Shown here in pieces: positions 27,791 to 36,976 of a stretch of DNA of 64,000 nt. Under the pieces are notes generated by a model. That model was not told the origin of the DNA and ran no database searches. It worked only from the letters and a program-made list of their open reading frames with translations. The stretch is from an uncultured Bacilli bacterium (GTDB lineage: Bacteria > Bacillota_I > Bacilli_A > RF39 > UBA660), in contig CANQKO010000001.1 in the NCBI GenBank assembly GCA_947624505.1, forward strand, positions 8,948 through 72,947. Direction: 5' to 3'. Both the position numbers and the translations under genes were made by a program. Each line of letters starts with the position of its first letter. Position 1 is the stretch's first letter.

Positions 27791-28168
27791 GTGATTTATA
27801 TAAACGGTAATTATTATCAAAACCCAACATTTCCAACTAATACCACGCCAATTCCACAAGCAACTCCATCTAGTCCCCCTGGCAATATTTCTTCAGTTAG
27901 CTTAATGAATACAGAACAAAGCTATATCGAAAATATTTTAAGATTAAATAAGGGCAAAAGAGTAAATGCTTATGTTTCATATCCTGATAGTACTGAATGG
28001 CAAAATAAGATTTATTCGGGTATTATAGAAGAAGCAGGAAGAGATCATTTAATTATCAGTGATCCTGTAACTGGCAACTGGTATTTAATTCGAATGATTT
28101 ATCTTGATTATGTAGAATTTATGGAAAGAATTAATTATTCTCATTCCTATTCAGAAAAAACTTATTAA
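27791..28168 (+). CDS. gerQ: Spore coat protein GerQ
   Basis: SYIENILRLNKGKRVNAYVSYPDSTEWQNKIYSGIIEEAGRDHLIISDPVTGNWYLIRMIYLDYVEF is the GerQ core. The start is uncertain because the GTG at 27791 sits inside the RBS-like AGAGGTGA. Confidence 0.8.
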   Translation: MIYINGNYYQNPTFPTNTTPIPQATPSSPPGNISSVSLMNTEQSYIENILRLNKGKRVNAYVSYPDSTEWQNKIYSGIIEEAGRDHLIISDPVTGNWYLIRMIYLDYVEFMERINYSHSYSEKTY

Positions 28169-28263
28169 TAAAAATACTATTTTTTAGTATTTTTTTGTTG
28201 GCAAGATATGGAAGTATAACATTGCTTAGAAAAATCAAAATATTAGTGGAAAGGATGTTAAAA

Positions 28264-29013
28264 ATGTTTAAGAAAACAATGATGATTTTTCTAATGTTGT
28301 TAGCTTTTATACCATTTATGGTAGATGCTAAAACTATCCTAGTAGGTAGTCAAGCAGAATTACTTGAAGCCCTAAAAGATAGTGAAGCAGATACCATTAA
28401 ATTAAGCAAAGACATTGAGACTACCGAAAAAATTAATATTACAAGACCGGTTACAATTGATGGCGATAATCACACAATCAAATATGTTGGAACATTTGGT
28501 AGTGATAACTCTAAATCAAATACTGTCTGGGGCGGAATTTATGTCCTACATTTTTATAAAACTACCGGTACAGTTAAAGATATTAAACTTACTGGTGGAA
28601 ATGCAGCCCTTTTACTTAATGGTTCAAAAGTAAATCTTGAAGGTACAATCGATGTTTCTGGTAATGGTTTTGGTGGTATCGAACTTGGTAAAGGTTCAGG
28701 GGTAACTGAAGCACCTGCCTTAACTTTAGCAAAAGATATCAACATTGTTAATACAACAGAAAAAGGAACTGCTCCAACAATATGGGTAGCTAAAGATGGT
28801 GCGGACGGTACAATTACTTTGAATGGTATAACTAAAACATTAGATGAAGGCGAAGAATTTTCAATTACAGAAATTGAAAAAGTTCTCGGATTAGATATTA
28901 CGGAAAATCCTAACACTGGCGATAATATTATATTATACGTCACATTACTAGTAGTAAGCTTAATCGGTACTACGACAGTATGTCATTTTATTCATAAAAA
29001 AGAATTATGTTAA
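28264..29013 (+). CDS. Secreted surface protein with a C-terminal NPNTGD sorting-signal-like tail
   Basis: I place the start at 28264 (RBS GGAAAGGA 9 nt upstream). Signal peptide MFKKTMMIFLMLLAFIPFMVDA. The C-terminus carries NPNTGD, a hydrophobic helix and then HKKELC. Confidence 0.7.
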   Translation: MFKKTMMIFLMLLAFIPFMVDAKTILVGSQAELLEALKDSEADTIKLSKDIETTEKINITRPVTIDGDNHTIKYVGTFGSDNSKSNTVWGGIYVLHFYKTTGTVKDIKLTGGNAALLLNGSKVNLEGTIDVSGNGFGGIELGKGSGVTEAPALTLAKDINIVNTTEKGTAPTIWVAKDGADGTITLNGITKTLDEGEEFSITEIEKVLGLDITENPNTGDNIILYVTLLVVSLIGTTTVCHFIHKKELC

Positions 29014-29017
29014 AAAA

Positions 29018-29048
29018 ATTCATCTCTAATATAGAGGTGAATTTTTTT
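29018..29048 (+). terminator. Rho-independent terminator
   Basis: 10-bp stem attcatctct / agaggtgaat (one G-U pair), loop aatat, then TTTTTT. Confidence 0.75.
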
Positions 29049-29051
29049 AAG

Positions 29052-29080
29052 CAAACAAAAAGTAGCTGAGCTACTTTTTG
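29052..29080 (-). terminator. Rho-independent terminator of tuf
   Basis: Stem agtagc (29061-29066), loop tga, stem gctact (29070-29075). The minus-strand RNA is followed by UUUUUGUUUG. Confidence 0.75.
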
Positions 29081-29084
29081 TTAA

Positions 29085-30254
29085 TTATTTAATTATTTCT
29101 GATACTACACCAGCACCAACAGTACGTCCACCTTCACGAATTGAGAATTTAGTACCATTTTCAAGTGCTACTGGAGCAATTAGTTCTACTGTCATATCAA
29201 CATTATCACCAGGCATAACCATTTCAACACCAGCAGGTAACTCGATAACACCAGTTACATCTGTAGTACGGAAATAGAATTGTGGACGATAATTTGAGAA
29301 GAATGGAGTATGACGTCCACCTTCTTCTTTAGATAGAACATAAACGCTAGCTTTAAACTTAGTATGTGGAGTAACACTGCCTGGTTTAGCAAGTACTTGT
29401 CCACGTTCAACGTCTTCACGAGCAATACCACGTAATAATACACCAGCATTGTCTCCTGCTTCAGCATAATCAAGTGTTTTACGGAACATTTCAATTCCAG
29501 TAACAACTGATTTTTGAGTAGGTTTTAAACCAACGATTTCAACTTCGTCATTAAGATTTAATCTACCACGTTCAACACGTCCTGTAACAACAGTACCACG
29601 TCCTGAAATAGTAAATACATCTTCGATACTCATTAAGAATGGTTTATCAGTATCTCTTACTGGAGCGTCAATATAACTATCAACAGCAGCCATTAAATCA
29701 CGAATACTTTGAGCAGCAGCTTCATCACCTTCAAGAGCTTTTAAAGCACTACCACGAATAATTGGACATTCAGTATCAAATCCATATTCACCAAGTAATT
29801 CTCTGATATCCATTTCAACTAAGTCTAATAGTTCAGGATCATCTACTTGATCGCATTTATTCATATAAACAACAATCTTAGGCACACCAACTTGACGAGA
29901 AAGTAAAATATGTTCTCTAGTTTGTGGCATTGGACCGTCTGCAGCAGATACTACAAGAATAGCACCATCCATTTGAGCAGCACCAGTAATCATGTTTTTA
30001 ACATAATCGGCATGTCCTGGACAGTCAACGTGAGCATAATGACGTTTTTCAGTTTCATACTCAACGTGAGCAGTATTAATTGTAATACCTCTTTCCCTTT
30101 CCTCTGGAGCTTTGTCGATATTTTCATATGCAACAAATTCTTTTCCAAAATATTTTGTGATCGCAGCAGTTAATGTAGTTTTACCGTGGTCAACGTGGCC
30201 AATAGTACCTATATTAACGTGTTCTTTAGAACGATCAAATTTTTCTCTTGCCAT
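29085..30254 (-). CDS. tuf: Elongation factor Tu
   Basis: 389 aa. [30 protein letters not shown]. Confidence 0.99.
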   Translation of the reverse strand: MAREKFDRSKEHVNIGTIGHVDHGKTTLTAAITKYFGKEFVAYENIDKAPEERERGITINTAHVEYETEKRHYAHVDCPGHADYVKNMITGAAQMDGAILVVSAADGPMPQTREHILLSRQVGVPKIVVYMNKCDQVDDPELLDLVEMDIRELLGEYGFDTECPIIRGSALKALEGDEAAAQSIRDLMAAVDSYIDAPVRDTDKPFLMSIEDVFTISGRGTVVTGRVERGRLNLNDEVEIVGLKPTQKSVVTGIEMFRKTLDYAEAGDNAGVLLRGIAREDVERGQVLAKPGSVTPHTKFKASVYVLSKEEGGRHTPFFSNYRPQFYFRTTDVTGVIELPAGVEMVMPGDNVDMTVELIAPVALENGTKFSIREGGRTVGAGVVSEIIK

Positions 30255-30286
30255 ATAATATTTTCTCCTTTCATATATACTATTAT

Positions 30287-30315
30287 ATTTTATCTAATGC
30301 TTGAAATTTTTTCAA
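30287..30315 (-). promoter_or_regulatory. Possible internal promoter for tuf
   Basis: Minus strand: TTGAAA (30315-30310), a 17-nt spacer, then TAAAAT (30292-30287), followed by the RBS AAAGGAGAAAA. Confidence 0.45.
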
Positions 30316-30347
30316 GTATTATTCTAAATTAATCTGCTAATTTATTA

Positions 30348-32423
30348 TTAGTTAACACTATTTTTCTTAATAATTTCATCAGCAATATTTTTTGGTACTT
30401 CTTCATAATGATCAAGTGTCATTGTAAATGTACCACGTCCTTGGGAATTAGAACGAAGTGTTGTGGCATAACCAAACATTTCAGCTAAAGGAACCATTGC
30501 ATTAATAGATAAAGCATTTCCTCTTGATTCATTACCTAGAGGTTTACCTCTTCTACTAGTTAAGTCTCCCATAACATTACCCATATATTCTTCAGGAACA
30601 ACTACTTCAACCTTCATAATTGGTTCAAGTAATACTGGTTTACATTTTTTAGCAGCTTCTTTTAAAGCCATAGATGCAGCAATTTTGAAGGCCATTTCTG
30701 ATGAGTCAACATCGTGATAAGAACCATCAAATAATGTTGCTTTAACATCAACAACTGGATAACCAGCAATCATACCACCAGCCATTGCTTCTTGTAACCC
30801 TTTATCAGTTACAGGAATGTATTCACGAGGAACTACACCACCAACAATAGCATCAACGAATTCATAACCTTTATCGTGATTAGGTTCAAATTTAACCCAA
30901 ACGTGTCCATATTGTCCACGACCACCAGATTGTTTAATATATTTACCTTCACAATCAGCAGCTTGGGTAATTGTTTCACGATAAGCAACTTGTGGACGAC
31001 CAATATTAGCTTCAACGTTGAATTCATCTTTCATTCTTCTTACTAAAACTTCAAGATGTAATTCACCCATACCACTTATAACTGTTTGACCAGTTTCAAC
31101 ATCAGTTTTATATCTAAATGTTGGATCTTCTTCAGCTAATTTTTGTAAAGCTTGGCCAAGTTTATCTTGATCAGCTTTGCTTTTTGGTTCAATTGCTTCA
31201 TCAATTACTGGATCAGGGAATTCCATACCATTCATAATTACGGGATTTTTTTCATCACAAAGGGTATCAGCAGTAGTAGTATTCTTAAGTCCTACTAAAG
31301 CCGCAATTTCACCTGTATAAACATCAGTAATTTCTTTTCTTTGATTAGCGTGCATTTGTAAAATACGGCCAACTCTTTCTTTAACATTCTTAGTACTATT
31401 TAAAATATAAGAACCACTAGTTAAATGTCCAGAATAGACACGGAAGAAAGCTAATCTACCAACATAAGGGTCAGTCATAATTTTAAATGCCATTGCCGTA
31501 AACGGTTCTGAATCACTAGGATGTCTTTTTACTATATTACCTTTTTCATCAGTACATTCGATAGCTTCAATATCTGTAGGAGCTGGCATATAATCAATGA
31601 CTGCATCAAGGGCTAATTTAACACCAGTATTAGATAAGGCACTACCACATAGCACTGGGAAAAATTCAGCTTTTAAAACACCTTTTCTAATTGCTCCTTT
31701 AATTTCTTCTACAGTTAATTCTTCACCACTTAAATATTTTTCCATTAAAGCATCGTCAAATTCAACAGCCTTTTCGATTAATTCTAATCTTTTTTCAGCA
31801 ACTAAATCTAACATATCTTCAGGAATAGGAATTTCTTTATAATTTTCATGTTCATCAGCACGATCAAAAGTATAAGCCTTTTGTTCAATTAAATCGATGA
31901 TTCCGTGAAAATCATTTTCAGCTCCAATTGGCCATTGAATAGGAGCATAATTAACACCTAATCTTTTACCAATTGTATCAAGTGAAAATTTAAAATCAGC
32001 ACCAAGTTTATCCATTTTATTAACGAAGATCATTCTTGGAACTTTATATTCCGTAGCTTGACGCCATACTGTTTCTGATTGCGGTTCAACACCTGCATTA
32101 CCATCAAGTAAACAAATAGAACCATCAAGTACTCTTAAACTTCTTTGAACTTCAATGGTAAAGTCAACGTGTCCTGGGGTATCAATGATATTTAAACGAT
32201 ATCCTTTCCAATGAGCAGTAGTTGCAGCACTAGTAATAGTAATACCACGTTCTTTTTCTTGTTCCATCCAGTCCATTTGTGACTCACCATCATGTGTTTC
32301 ACCTATTTTATGTGTAATACCGGTATGAAATAAAACTCTTTCTGTAAAAGTAGTTTTACCAGCATCAATATGTGCCATTATACCAATATTACGAACTTTA
32401 TCAATTGTAACATCTCTTCCCAT
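30348..32423 (-). CDS. fusA: Elongation factor G
   Basis: [25 protein letters not shown]..., [13 protein letters not shown] start at 32423 gives the canonical N-terminal length. The ORF-track start at 32435 would overlap rpsG. Confidence 0.98.
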   Translation of the reverse strand: MGRDVTIDKVRNIGIMAHIDAGKTTFTERVLFHTGITHKIGETHDGESQMDWMEQEKERGITITSAATTAHWKGYRLNIIDTPGHVDFTIEVQRSLRVLDGSICLLDGNAGVEPQSETVWRQATEYKVPRMIFVNKMDKLGADFKFSLDTIGKRLGVNYAPIQWPIGAENDFHGIIDLIEQKAYTFDRADEHENYKEIPIPEDMLDLVAEKRLELIEKAVEFDDALMEKYLSGEELTVEEIKGAIRKGVLKAEFFPVLCGSALSNTGVKLALDAVIDYMPAPTDIEAIECTDEKGNIVKRHPSDSEPFTAMAFKIMTDPYVGRLAFFRVYSGHLTSGSYILNSTKNVKERVGRILQMHANQRKEITDVYTGEIAALVGLKNTTTADTLCDEKNPVIMNGMEFPDPVIDEAIEPKSKADQDKLGQALQKLAEEDPTFRYKTDVETGQTVISGMGELHLEVLVRRMKDEFNVEANIGRPQVAYRETITQAADCEGKYIKQSGGRGQYGHVWVKFEPNHDKGYEFVDAIVGGVVPREYIPVTDKGLQEAMAGGMIAGYPVVDVKATLFDGSYHDVDSSEMAFKIAASMALKEAAKKCKPVLLEPIMKVEVVVPEEYMGNVMGDLTSRRGKPLGNESRGNALSINAMVPLAEMFGYATTLRSNSQGRGTFTMTLDHYEEVPKNIADEIIKKNSVN

Positions 32424-32428
32424 ATCAA

Positions 32429-32896
32429 TTACCATCTATAATGAGCAAATGCTTTATTAGCTTCAGCCATCTTATGTGTATCTTCACGTTTTTTAACCGC
32501 ACCACCTACACCATTACTAGCATCAATAATTTCATTTGCTAAGTTTATAGCCATACCCTTTCCATTTCTTAATTTTGCATAATTAACTAACCAACGAAGT
32601 GCTAAAGTTTGAGCTCTTTCATCACTAACTTCCATTGGCACTTGATAGTTTGATCCACCAACACGGCGAGATTTAACTTCTAATGCTGGGCTAATGTTTT
32701 TCAAAGCTTCTTTATAAACTTCCATTGGGTCTTTACCTGTTTGTTTTTTAACTATATCAAAAGCTTCATATAAAATCTTTTGCGCAGTACCTTTTTTACC
32801 ATCTAACATAATTGCATTAACAAGTTTTGTAACAACTTTAGAATTATATATAGGATCTGGTAAAACGTCTCTTTTTATAGCTCTTCTTTTACGCAT
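32429..32896 (-). CDS. rpsG: 30S ribosomal protein S7
   Basis: 155 aa. [14 protein letters not shown]...[15 protein letters not shown]...AHYRW. Confidence 0.98.
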   Translation of the reverse strand: MRKRRAIKRDVLPDPIYNSKVVTKLVNAIMLDGKKGTAQKILYEAFDIVKKQTGKDPMEVYKEALKNISPALEVKSRRVGGSNYQVPMEVSDERAQTLALRWLVNYAKLRNGKGMAINLANEIIDASNGVGGAVKKREDTHKMAEANKAFAHYRW

Positions 32897-32929
32897 AATT
32901 TATTCCTCCTTCTTTATATTTTTTTAATA

Positions 32930-33340
32930 TTATTTACCTTTTTTGGTACCATATCTACTTCTTGCTTGTTTACGATTTTCTACACCGTGTGTATCAAGTG
33001 TTCCACGTACAATGTGATAACGTACACCGATTAAGTCTTTAACACGACCACCACGAACAAGTACAACGCTGTGTTCTTGTAAGTTATGTCCTTCACCAGG
33101 AATGTAAGCATCGATTTCTTTACCATTAGAAAGTCTTACACGCGCATATTTACGTAATGCTGAGTTAGGTTTCTTTGGTGTTTTAGTTCCAACACGCGTA
33201 CATACTCCTCTTTTTTGTGGACTTTTAACATCAGTTGTTTTTCTTTCTAGAGTATTAAATCCAACATTAAGTACAGGACTTTTACTTTTCTTTGTTTTCT
33301 TACTACGATTTTTCTTAACTAATTGATTAATTGTAGGCAT
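32930..33340 (-). CDS. rpsL: 30S ribosomal protein S12
   Basis: MPTINQLV...[24 protein letters not shown]...[20 protein letters not shown]. Confidence 0.98.
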   Translation of the reverse strand: MPTINQLVKKNRSKKTKKSKSPVLNVGFNTLERKTTDVKSPQKRGVCTRVGTKTPKKPNSALRKYARVRLSNGKEIDAYIPGEGHNLQEHSVVLVRGGRVKDLIGVRYHIVRGTLDTHGVENRKQARSRYGTKKGK

Positions 33341-33399
33341 CTTTTTTCTCTCCTCTCCATTAACACGAATCCAAGTGTGTCATATTTCCCTTTAAATGA

Positions 33400-33468
33400 G
33401 GTTCTACCTTAGGTAGAACCCAAATAAAATGCGTTATTAATATACCATTTTATTATATGTTTTGTCAA
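33400..33468 (-). promoter_or_regulatory. rpsL-operon promoter and 5'-UTR hairpin
   Basis: Minus strand: TTGACA (33468-33463), an 18-nt spacer ending in TGg, then TATATT (33444-33439). A perfect 9-bp hairpin GGTTCTACC-taa-GGTAGAACC follows at 33400-33420 with no U-run after it. Confidence 0.6.
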
Positions 33469-33488
33469 CATATTTTATTTATTTTTTA

Positions 33489-33869
33489 TTAATTTATTTT
33501 TGTAATATAATTATTGCACGTAATAAATCCATTATAATAATTGATATTATTTATTCTACTTACGAGAACATAACCATTACAATCACTATTATCTTTATCT
33601 TTTAAACTATTGATATAACCATTTTCTTTTAATAATTCATAGCTTATTTGATAACTACTTGTAATATTGATATTCTTATCCTCCACATATTTTCTGCCAG
33701 CATCTGCTAATTTATTTTCTAAATCATTATATATTCTATTACTATTTGCATTAGCAAATGAACCATATAATTTAGAAATAAAGAATATTGATACAATTAA
33801 CGCTAATAATAAAATTAAACTAATAAGTATCATTTCTAGGGTTCCCCAACCATTTTTATTTAACTTCAT
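33489..33869 (-). CDS. Pseudopilin-like protein with a class III (prepilin-type) signal
   Basis: MKLNKNG|WGTLEMILISLILLLALIV has a Gly at -1, a Glu at +5 and then a hydrophobic helix. There is a C-terminal Cys pair (DCNGYV...ITCNNY). Confidence 0.55.
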   Translation of the reverse strand: MKLNKNGWGTLEMILISLILLLALIVSIFFISKLYGSFANANSNRIYNDLENKLADAGRKYVEDKNINITSSYQISYELLKENGYINSLKDKDNSDCNGYVLVSRINNINYYNGFITCNNYITKIN

Positions 33870-33870
33870 C

Positions 33871-34137
33871 TTAATCTAAACTTTCCTTTACTTTTATAAA
33901 TATATGCCCAAATTGCTTACCATATAAGCTCTTTCTTTCATAAGTTATTGATTTATATCCTAAGCCATAATAAATATATACGTGGCCATCATCATAATTT
34001 TTAGTTTCTTCTTTTAAGACAATTAACATTGGTTCATCTTTTTGATAACGAAAATATTCCACAAAAATTAAACTAATATAGCCAACCACGATACCAATTA
34101 TTATTGCTCTAAACATAATACTTAAGGTTTTCTTCAT
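33871..34137 (-). CDS. Small single-pass membrane protein
   Basis: I place the start at 34137 (MKKTLSIMFRAIIIGIVVGYISLIF, RBS GGTGAT). Its stop lies 1 nt from the next gene's start. Confidence 0.5.
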   Translation of the reverse strand: MKKTLSIMFRAIIIGIVVGYISLIFVEYFRYQKDEPMLIVLKEETKNYDDGHVYIYYGLGYKSITYERKSLYGKQFGHIFIKVKESLD

Positions 34138-34180
34138 TGTATCACCATTAATAATTATAAAGGAAGACGTGAAAAAAAGC

Positions 34181-34216
34181 AATAAAAGATAAAAGCCAAT
34201 GCTTTCACATTGACTT
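34181..34216 (-). terminator. Terminator after the E/K-rich protein gene
   Basis: Minus-strand RNA: AAGUCAAUG-ugaaag-CAUUGGCUU (9 bp, one G-U pair), followed by UUAUCUUUUAUU. Confidence 0.6.
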
Positions 34217-34228
34217 AAATTGTTTTAA

Positions 34229-35797
34229 TTATATTTTTTTATAAGTAGCTTTATAACCAGTTATGGTTAAACCGTGGATAGTTGAAGAGGTTTTTACCCA
34301 TTCATCAAATACATAACCAGCTTTTGCTTTAGGAGCATACATTGTTATACTAGAAATGCTTCCTCTTCTACCAATATAAACTTCACCAGTTAATTTATTA
34401 GATCCAGGAGCAACAAAACCTTCACATTCACTCATATCACAAGTAAAATAAGCAAACCATATATAACCATCATCAGACGAATATTCATTGCTGCGATCTA
34501 CTGTTATTGGATGATCAGTTCCCGAAGAGTTAGCACTCGCTCCAACATATTTTTTTACCTTTGCTAAAGCTTCTTGTAATTTTTCATATTCTTCTATTCT
34601 TTTACGAGTCTCTTCTTCTTCCTTTAATCTTTGTTTTAAACTTTCTGTTGATTCTCTAGCTCTTCTTTCAGCTTCTTCTTTTTCTTCTTGTTCCTTTTTA
34701 GCTTGTTCTTCGGCTTCTCTTGCTGCCTTCTTTTTGGCTGCTTCATCTTTTATAGCTTGTTCTTTCTTTGCTTGTTCTTCTTTATCTAATTGTTCACCTT
34801 TTGCAGCTTGTTTTAACATATATTCAAGTTGTTCTGGGGTTAGGGAACCATTTGATTTTTCACTAGTGCTCTTTTCTTCTACTTTTTTAGTTTCCGTCTT
34901 AGGTGTTTCTTGAGTGGTACTTTTAGTAGTACTGTTTGTCTCTTTCTTTGCCTCTTCTTTTACTGTATTACTTGTAGTACTTTCGCTTTCCTTTGCCGTC
35001 TCTACTTTTTTTGCTTCAGTAGTTTTTTCTGAAACTTTCTTAGTTTCCTCTTCTACCTTTTTAACTTCTTCTGCTTTATTAGGAGTCTCTTTTATTTTCT
35101 CTTTATTAGCTTCTTCTAAAGCCTTTCTTTCAGCTTCTTTTCTTTCTTCAGCAATTCTTTTCTCTTCTTCTTCGATTCTCTTTGCTTCTTCGATTGCTTT
35201 TTTCTCTTCTTCAATTCTTTTGGCTTCTTTTAAAGCAGCTTGTCTAGCTTCTTCAGCTTTTCTTGCTTTTTCCTCAGCTAATCTCTTAGCTTCTTCGGCC
35301 TTTTTAGCTTTTTCTTCGGCTTCTAAAGCTTTCTTAGCAGCTTCTTCCCTGTCAGCATTAGCTCTCTTAACTTCTTCATCAACAGCTTTAACTTTTTCTA
35401 AAGCCTCTTTTTTCTCCTCTTCTGTTTTAGCATTTTCAACTAAAACTTCGGCTTGAACTTTAGCCTCTTCAGCTTTTTTAACTGTTTCTTCTAAAGCTTT
35501 AACCTCTTTATCAGCATTTTCCTTTTCTATAGTAGCTTCTTCTATTTTTTTACTAGCTGTTTCTACTTCAACTTTGGCTTCATTCGCATCATTTTCAGCT
35601 TGCGCTAATTTTTTAGCATTTTCCGCTTCAGCTATTTCGTTTTCAGATAATCCTAAATTAATTTCTCCTCTCGTAGCAATGGTGTTATCTAATGCTTTGT
35701 TACTATTAGTATGTAACATAAGCCCACATACACCAGCAGTGGCTACACCAGATGCTATAACTATGCCTTTAACAGCTTTCATAGATACTTTTTTCAT
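34229..35797 (-). CDS. Membrane/signal-anchored E/K/A-rich coiled-coil protein with a globular C-terminal domain
   Basis: I place the start at 35797 (MKKVSMKAVKGIVIASGVATAGVCGL, RBS AGGAGA). About 350 aa are EEAKK/AEE-type low complexity with a central S/T-rich patch. The C-terminal ~90 aa contain a GYVFDEW-type beta-rich motif. Confidence 0.7.
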   Translation of the reverse strand: MKKVSMKAVKGIVIASGVATAGVCGLMLHTNSNKALDNTIATRGEINLGLSENEIAEAENAKKLAQAENDANEAKVEVETASKKIEEATIEKENADKEVKALEETVKKAEEAKVQAEVLVENAKTEEEKKEALEKVKAVDEEVKRANADREEAAKKALEAEEKAKKAEEAKRLAEEKARKAEEARQAALKEAKRIEEEKKAIEEAKRIEEEEKRIAEERKEAERKALEEANKEKIKETPNKAEEVKKVEEETKKVSEKTTEAKKVETAKESESTTSNTVKEEAKKETNSTTKSTTQETPKTETKKVEEKSTSEKSNGSLTPEQLEYMLKQAAKGEQLDKEEQAKKEQAIKDEAAKKKAAREAEEQAKKEQEEKEEAERRARESTESLKQRLKEEEETRKRIEEYEKLQEALAKVKKYVGASANSSGTDHPITVDRSNEYSSDDGYIWFAYFTCDMSECEGFVAPGSNKLTGEVYIGRRGSISSITMYAPKAKAGYVFDEWVKTSSTIHGLTITGYKATYKKI

Positions 35798-35945
35798 AAT
35801 ATCTCTCCTTTTTATACGTATAGTATAAATTATTATATGCTTAAAATCAAGATTTGTCTTGCATTTTACCCTTTTTTTGTAAATATTACCAATTAAAAAA
35901 GAAATGATCGTAAAAATCACTTCTTTTAGCTAATTTGCACTAAAA

Positions 35946-36311
35946 TTATGCAAGTTCTACTTCAGCACCAGCTTCAGTTAATTGATCAGCAATAGCTTTA
36001 GCTTCATCAGCAGGAATATTTTCTTTAATATTTCCACCATTATCAGCGATAGCTTTAGCTTCAACTAAACCTAAACCAGTAATTTCTTTAATGATTTTAA
36101 TTACAGCAATTTTATTGCCACCAGCAGATTTTAATACTACTGTTTGAGTGCTTGGTCCCTCTTCAACTGCTTGAGCAGCTGGAGCAGCAACAGCAACAGC
36201 AGATGGATCAACACCAAATTCTTCTTTCATTGCATCAACTAATTCTTTTACTTCAAGAATAGTCATTTCTTTTAATGCACTTATAAATTCATCTCTAGTT
36301 AATTTTGCCAT
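35946..36311 (-). CDS. rplL: 50S ribosomal protein L7/L12
   Basis: 121 aa. An Ala-rich hinge, then KIAVIKIIKEITGLGLVEAKAIAD...AEVELA. Confidence 0.98.
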   Translation of the reverse strand: MAKLTRDEFISALKEMTILEVKELVDAMKEEFGVDPSAVAVAAPAAQAVEEGPSTQTVVLKSAGGNKIAVIKIIKEITGLGLVEAKAIADNGGNIKENIPADEAKAIADQLTEAGAEVELA

Positions 36312-36314
36312 TTT

Positions 36315-36812
36315 TTATTCCTTCCCTTCTAATTGTTCGGCATAAAGATTTAAACCTATTGATAATTCTTTAACATATTCTATCATACCACCTGCAAGCA
36401 TAGTAAGTAATCCTTCTCTTGACGGAATACTTGCATAATCTTTTATTGTCTCTAAGCTTGCAACATCACCGCTAATTATTCCAACACGAATGTTTAATTT
36501 ATTATGATCTTTAGCATAATTTGCAATAATCTTAATTGGTTCAAGTAAACTTTCACCAAATAATATTGCATTAGGACCATCTAAAAAATCATTCATATCA
36601 ATCTTAAGTTCATCTAATGCTCTTTTTAAAAGCGTATTCTTATAAACTTTAACTTTAGAATTAACTTCATTAAGTTGGTTTCTAAGTTCACTCATTTCTG
36701 CAACAGTTAAACCTTGATATTCAAATAAAATAACGGATTCGCTAGATTTGATATTATCAATAATTTCACTTACGATAGCTTTCTTTTCATTAAGAATTTT
36801 TTCGCTTGCCAT
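36315..36812 (-). CDS. rplJ: 50S ribosomal protein L10
   Basis: 165 aa. Sits directly upstream of rplL, with the typical FEYQGLTVAEMSELRNQL. Confidence 0.96.
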   Translation of the reverse strand: MASEKILNEKKAIVSEIIDNIKSSESVILFEYQGLTVAEMSELRNQLNEVNSKVKVYKNTLLKRALDELKIDMNDFLDGPNAILFGESLLEPIKIIANYAKDHNKLNIRVGIISGDVASLETIKDYASIPSREGLLTMLAGGMIEYVKELSIGLNLYAEQLEGKE

Positions 36813-36969
36813 TTTTCCTCCTTATATATTTTTAAGAAAAGCCTCCGTTTAGGGAAGCTTAAAAAGTTAAAGTTCCCCTCGGTAGGATTTTTAAAAGTAA
36901 AACTTTCCTACTGTCTTCGGTGTTTCTTTTCTTAAATTGTATTATAAACTACAACGCTTAATTATGCAA
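36813..36969 (-). promoter_or_regulatory. rplJ promoter plus L10-leader-like structured 5' UTR
   Basis: Minus strand: TTGCAT (36969-36964), a 17-nt spacer, then TATAAT (36946-36941). A ~120-nt leader follows with a long hairpin CAGUAGGAAAGUUUUACUUUUAAAAAUCCUACCG (about 36880-36913). Its position and CCGAAGACAGUAGG...CCUACCGAGG flavour match Firmicute L10 leaders. Confidence 0.6.
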
Positions 36970-36976
36970 GTCCAAA

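Noticed and set aside
28415-28943. Alternative-frame ORF 28415..28633 (+) and antisense ORF 28554..28943 (-) inside the NPNTGD surface protein gene
   Set aside because: They are fully nested in a longer ORF that has a signal peptide and a sorting signal. There is no RBS and no recognisable motif.
30300-30316. The hairpin CTTGAAA-ttt-TTTCAAG between fusA and tuf, considered as a fusA terminator
   Set aside because: Neither strand has a U-run after the stem. One arm doubles as a TTGAAA -35 box with a TAAAAT -10 17 nt away, so an internal tuf promoter is the simpler reading.
29255-31842. Short ORFs inside or antisense to tuf and fusA (29255..29506, 29910..30173, 30833..31027, 31597..31842)
   Set aside because: They are nested in two of the most conserved genes known, so these are chance ORFs.
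34914-35828. Plus-strand ORFs of 180 aa and 84 aa opposite the E/K-rich protein
   Set aside because: They are a mirror-image artefact of GAA/AAA/GCT repeats, which read as S/F/A/L on the other strand. The minus-strand gene has an RBS, a signal anchor and a terminator.
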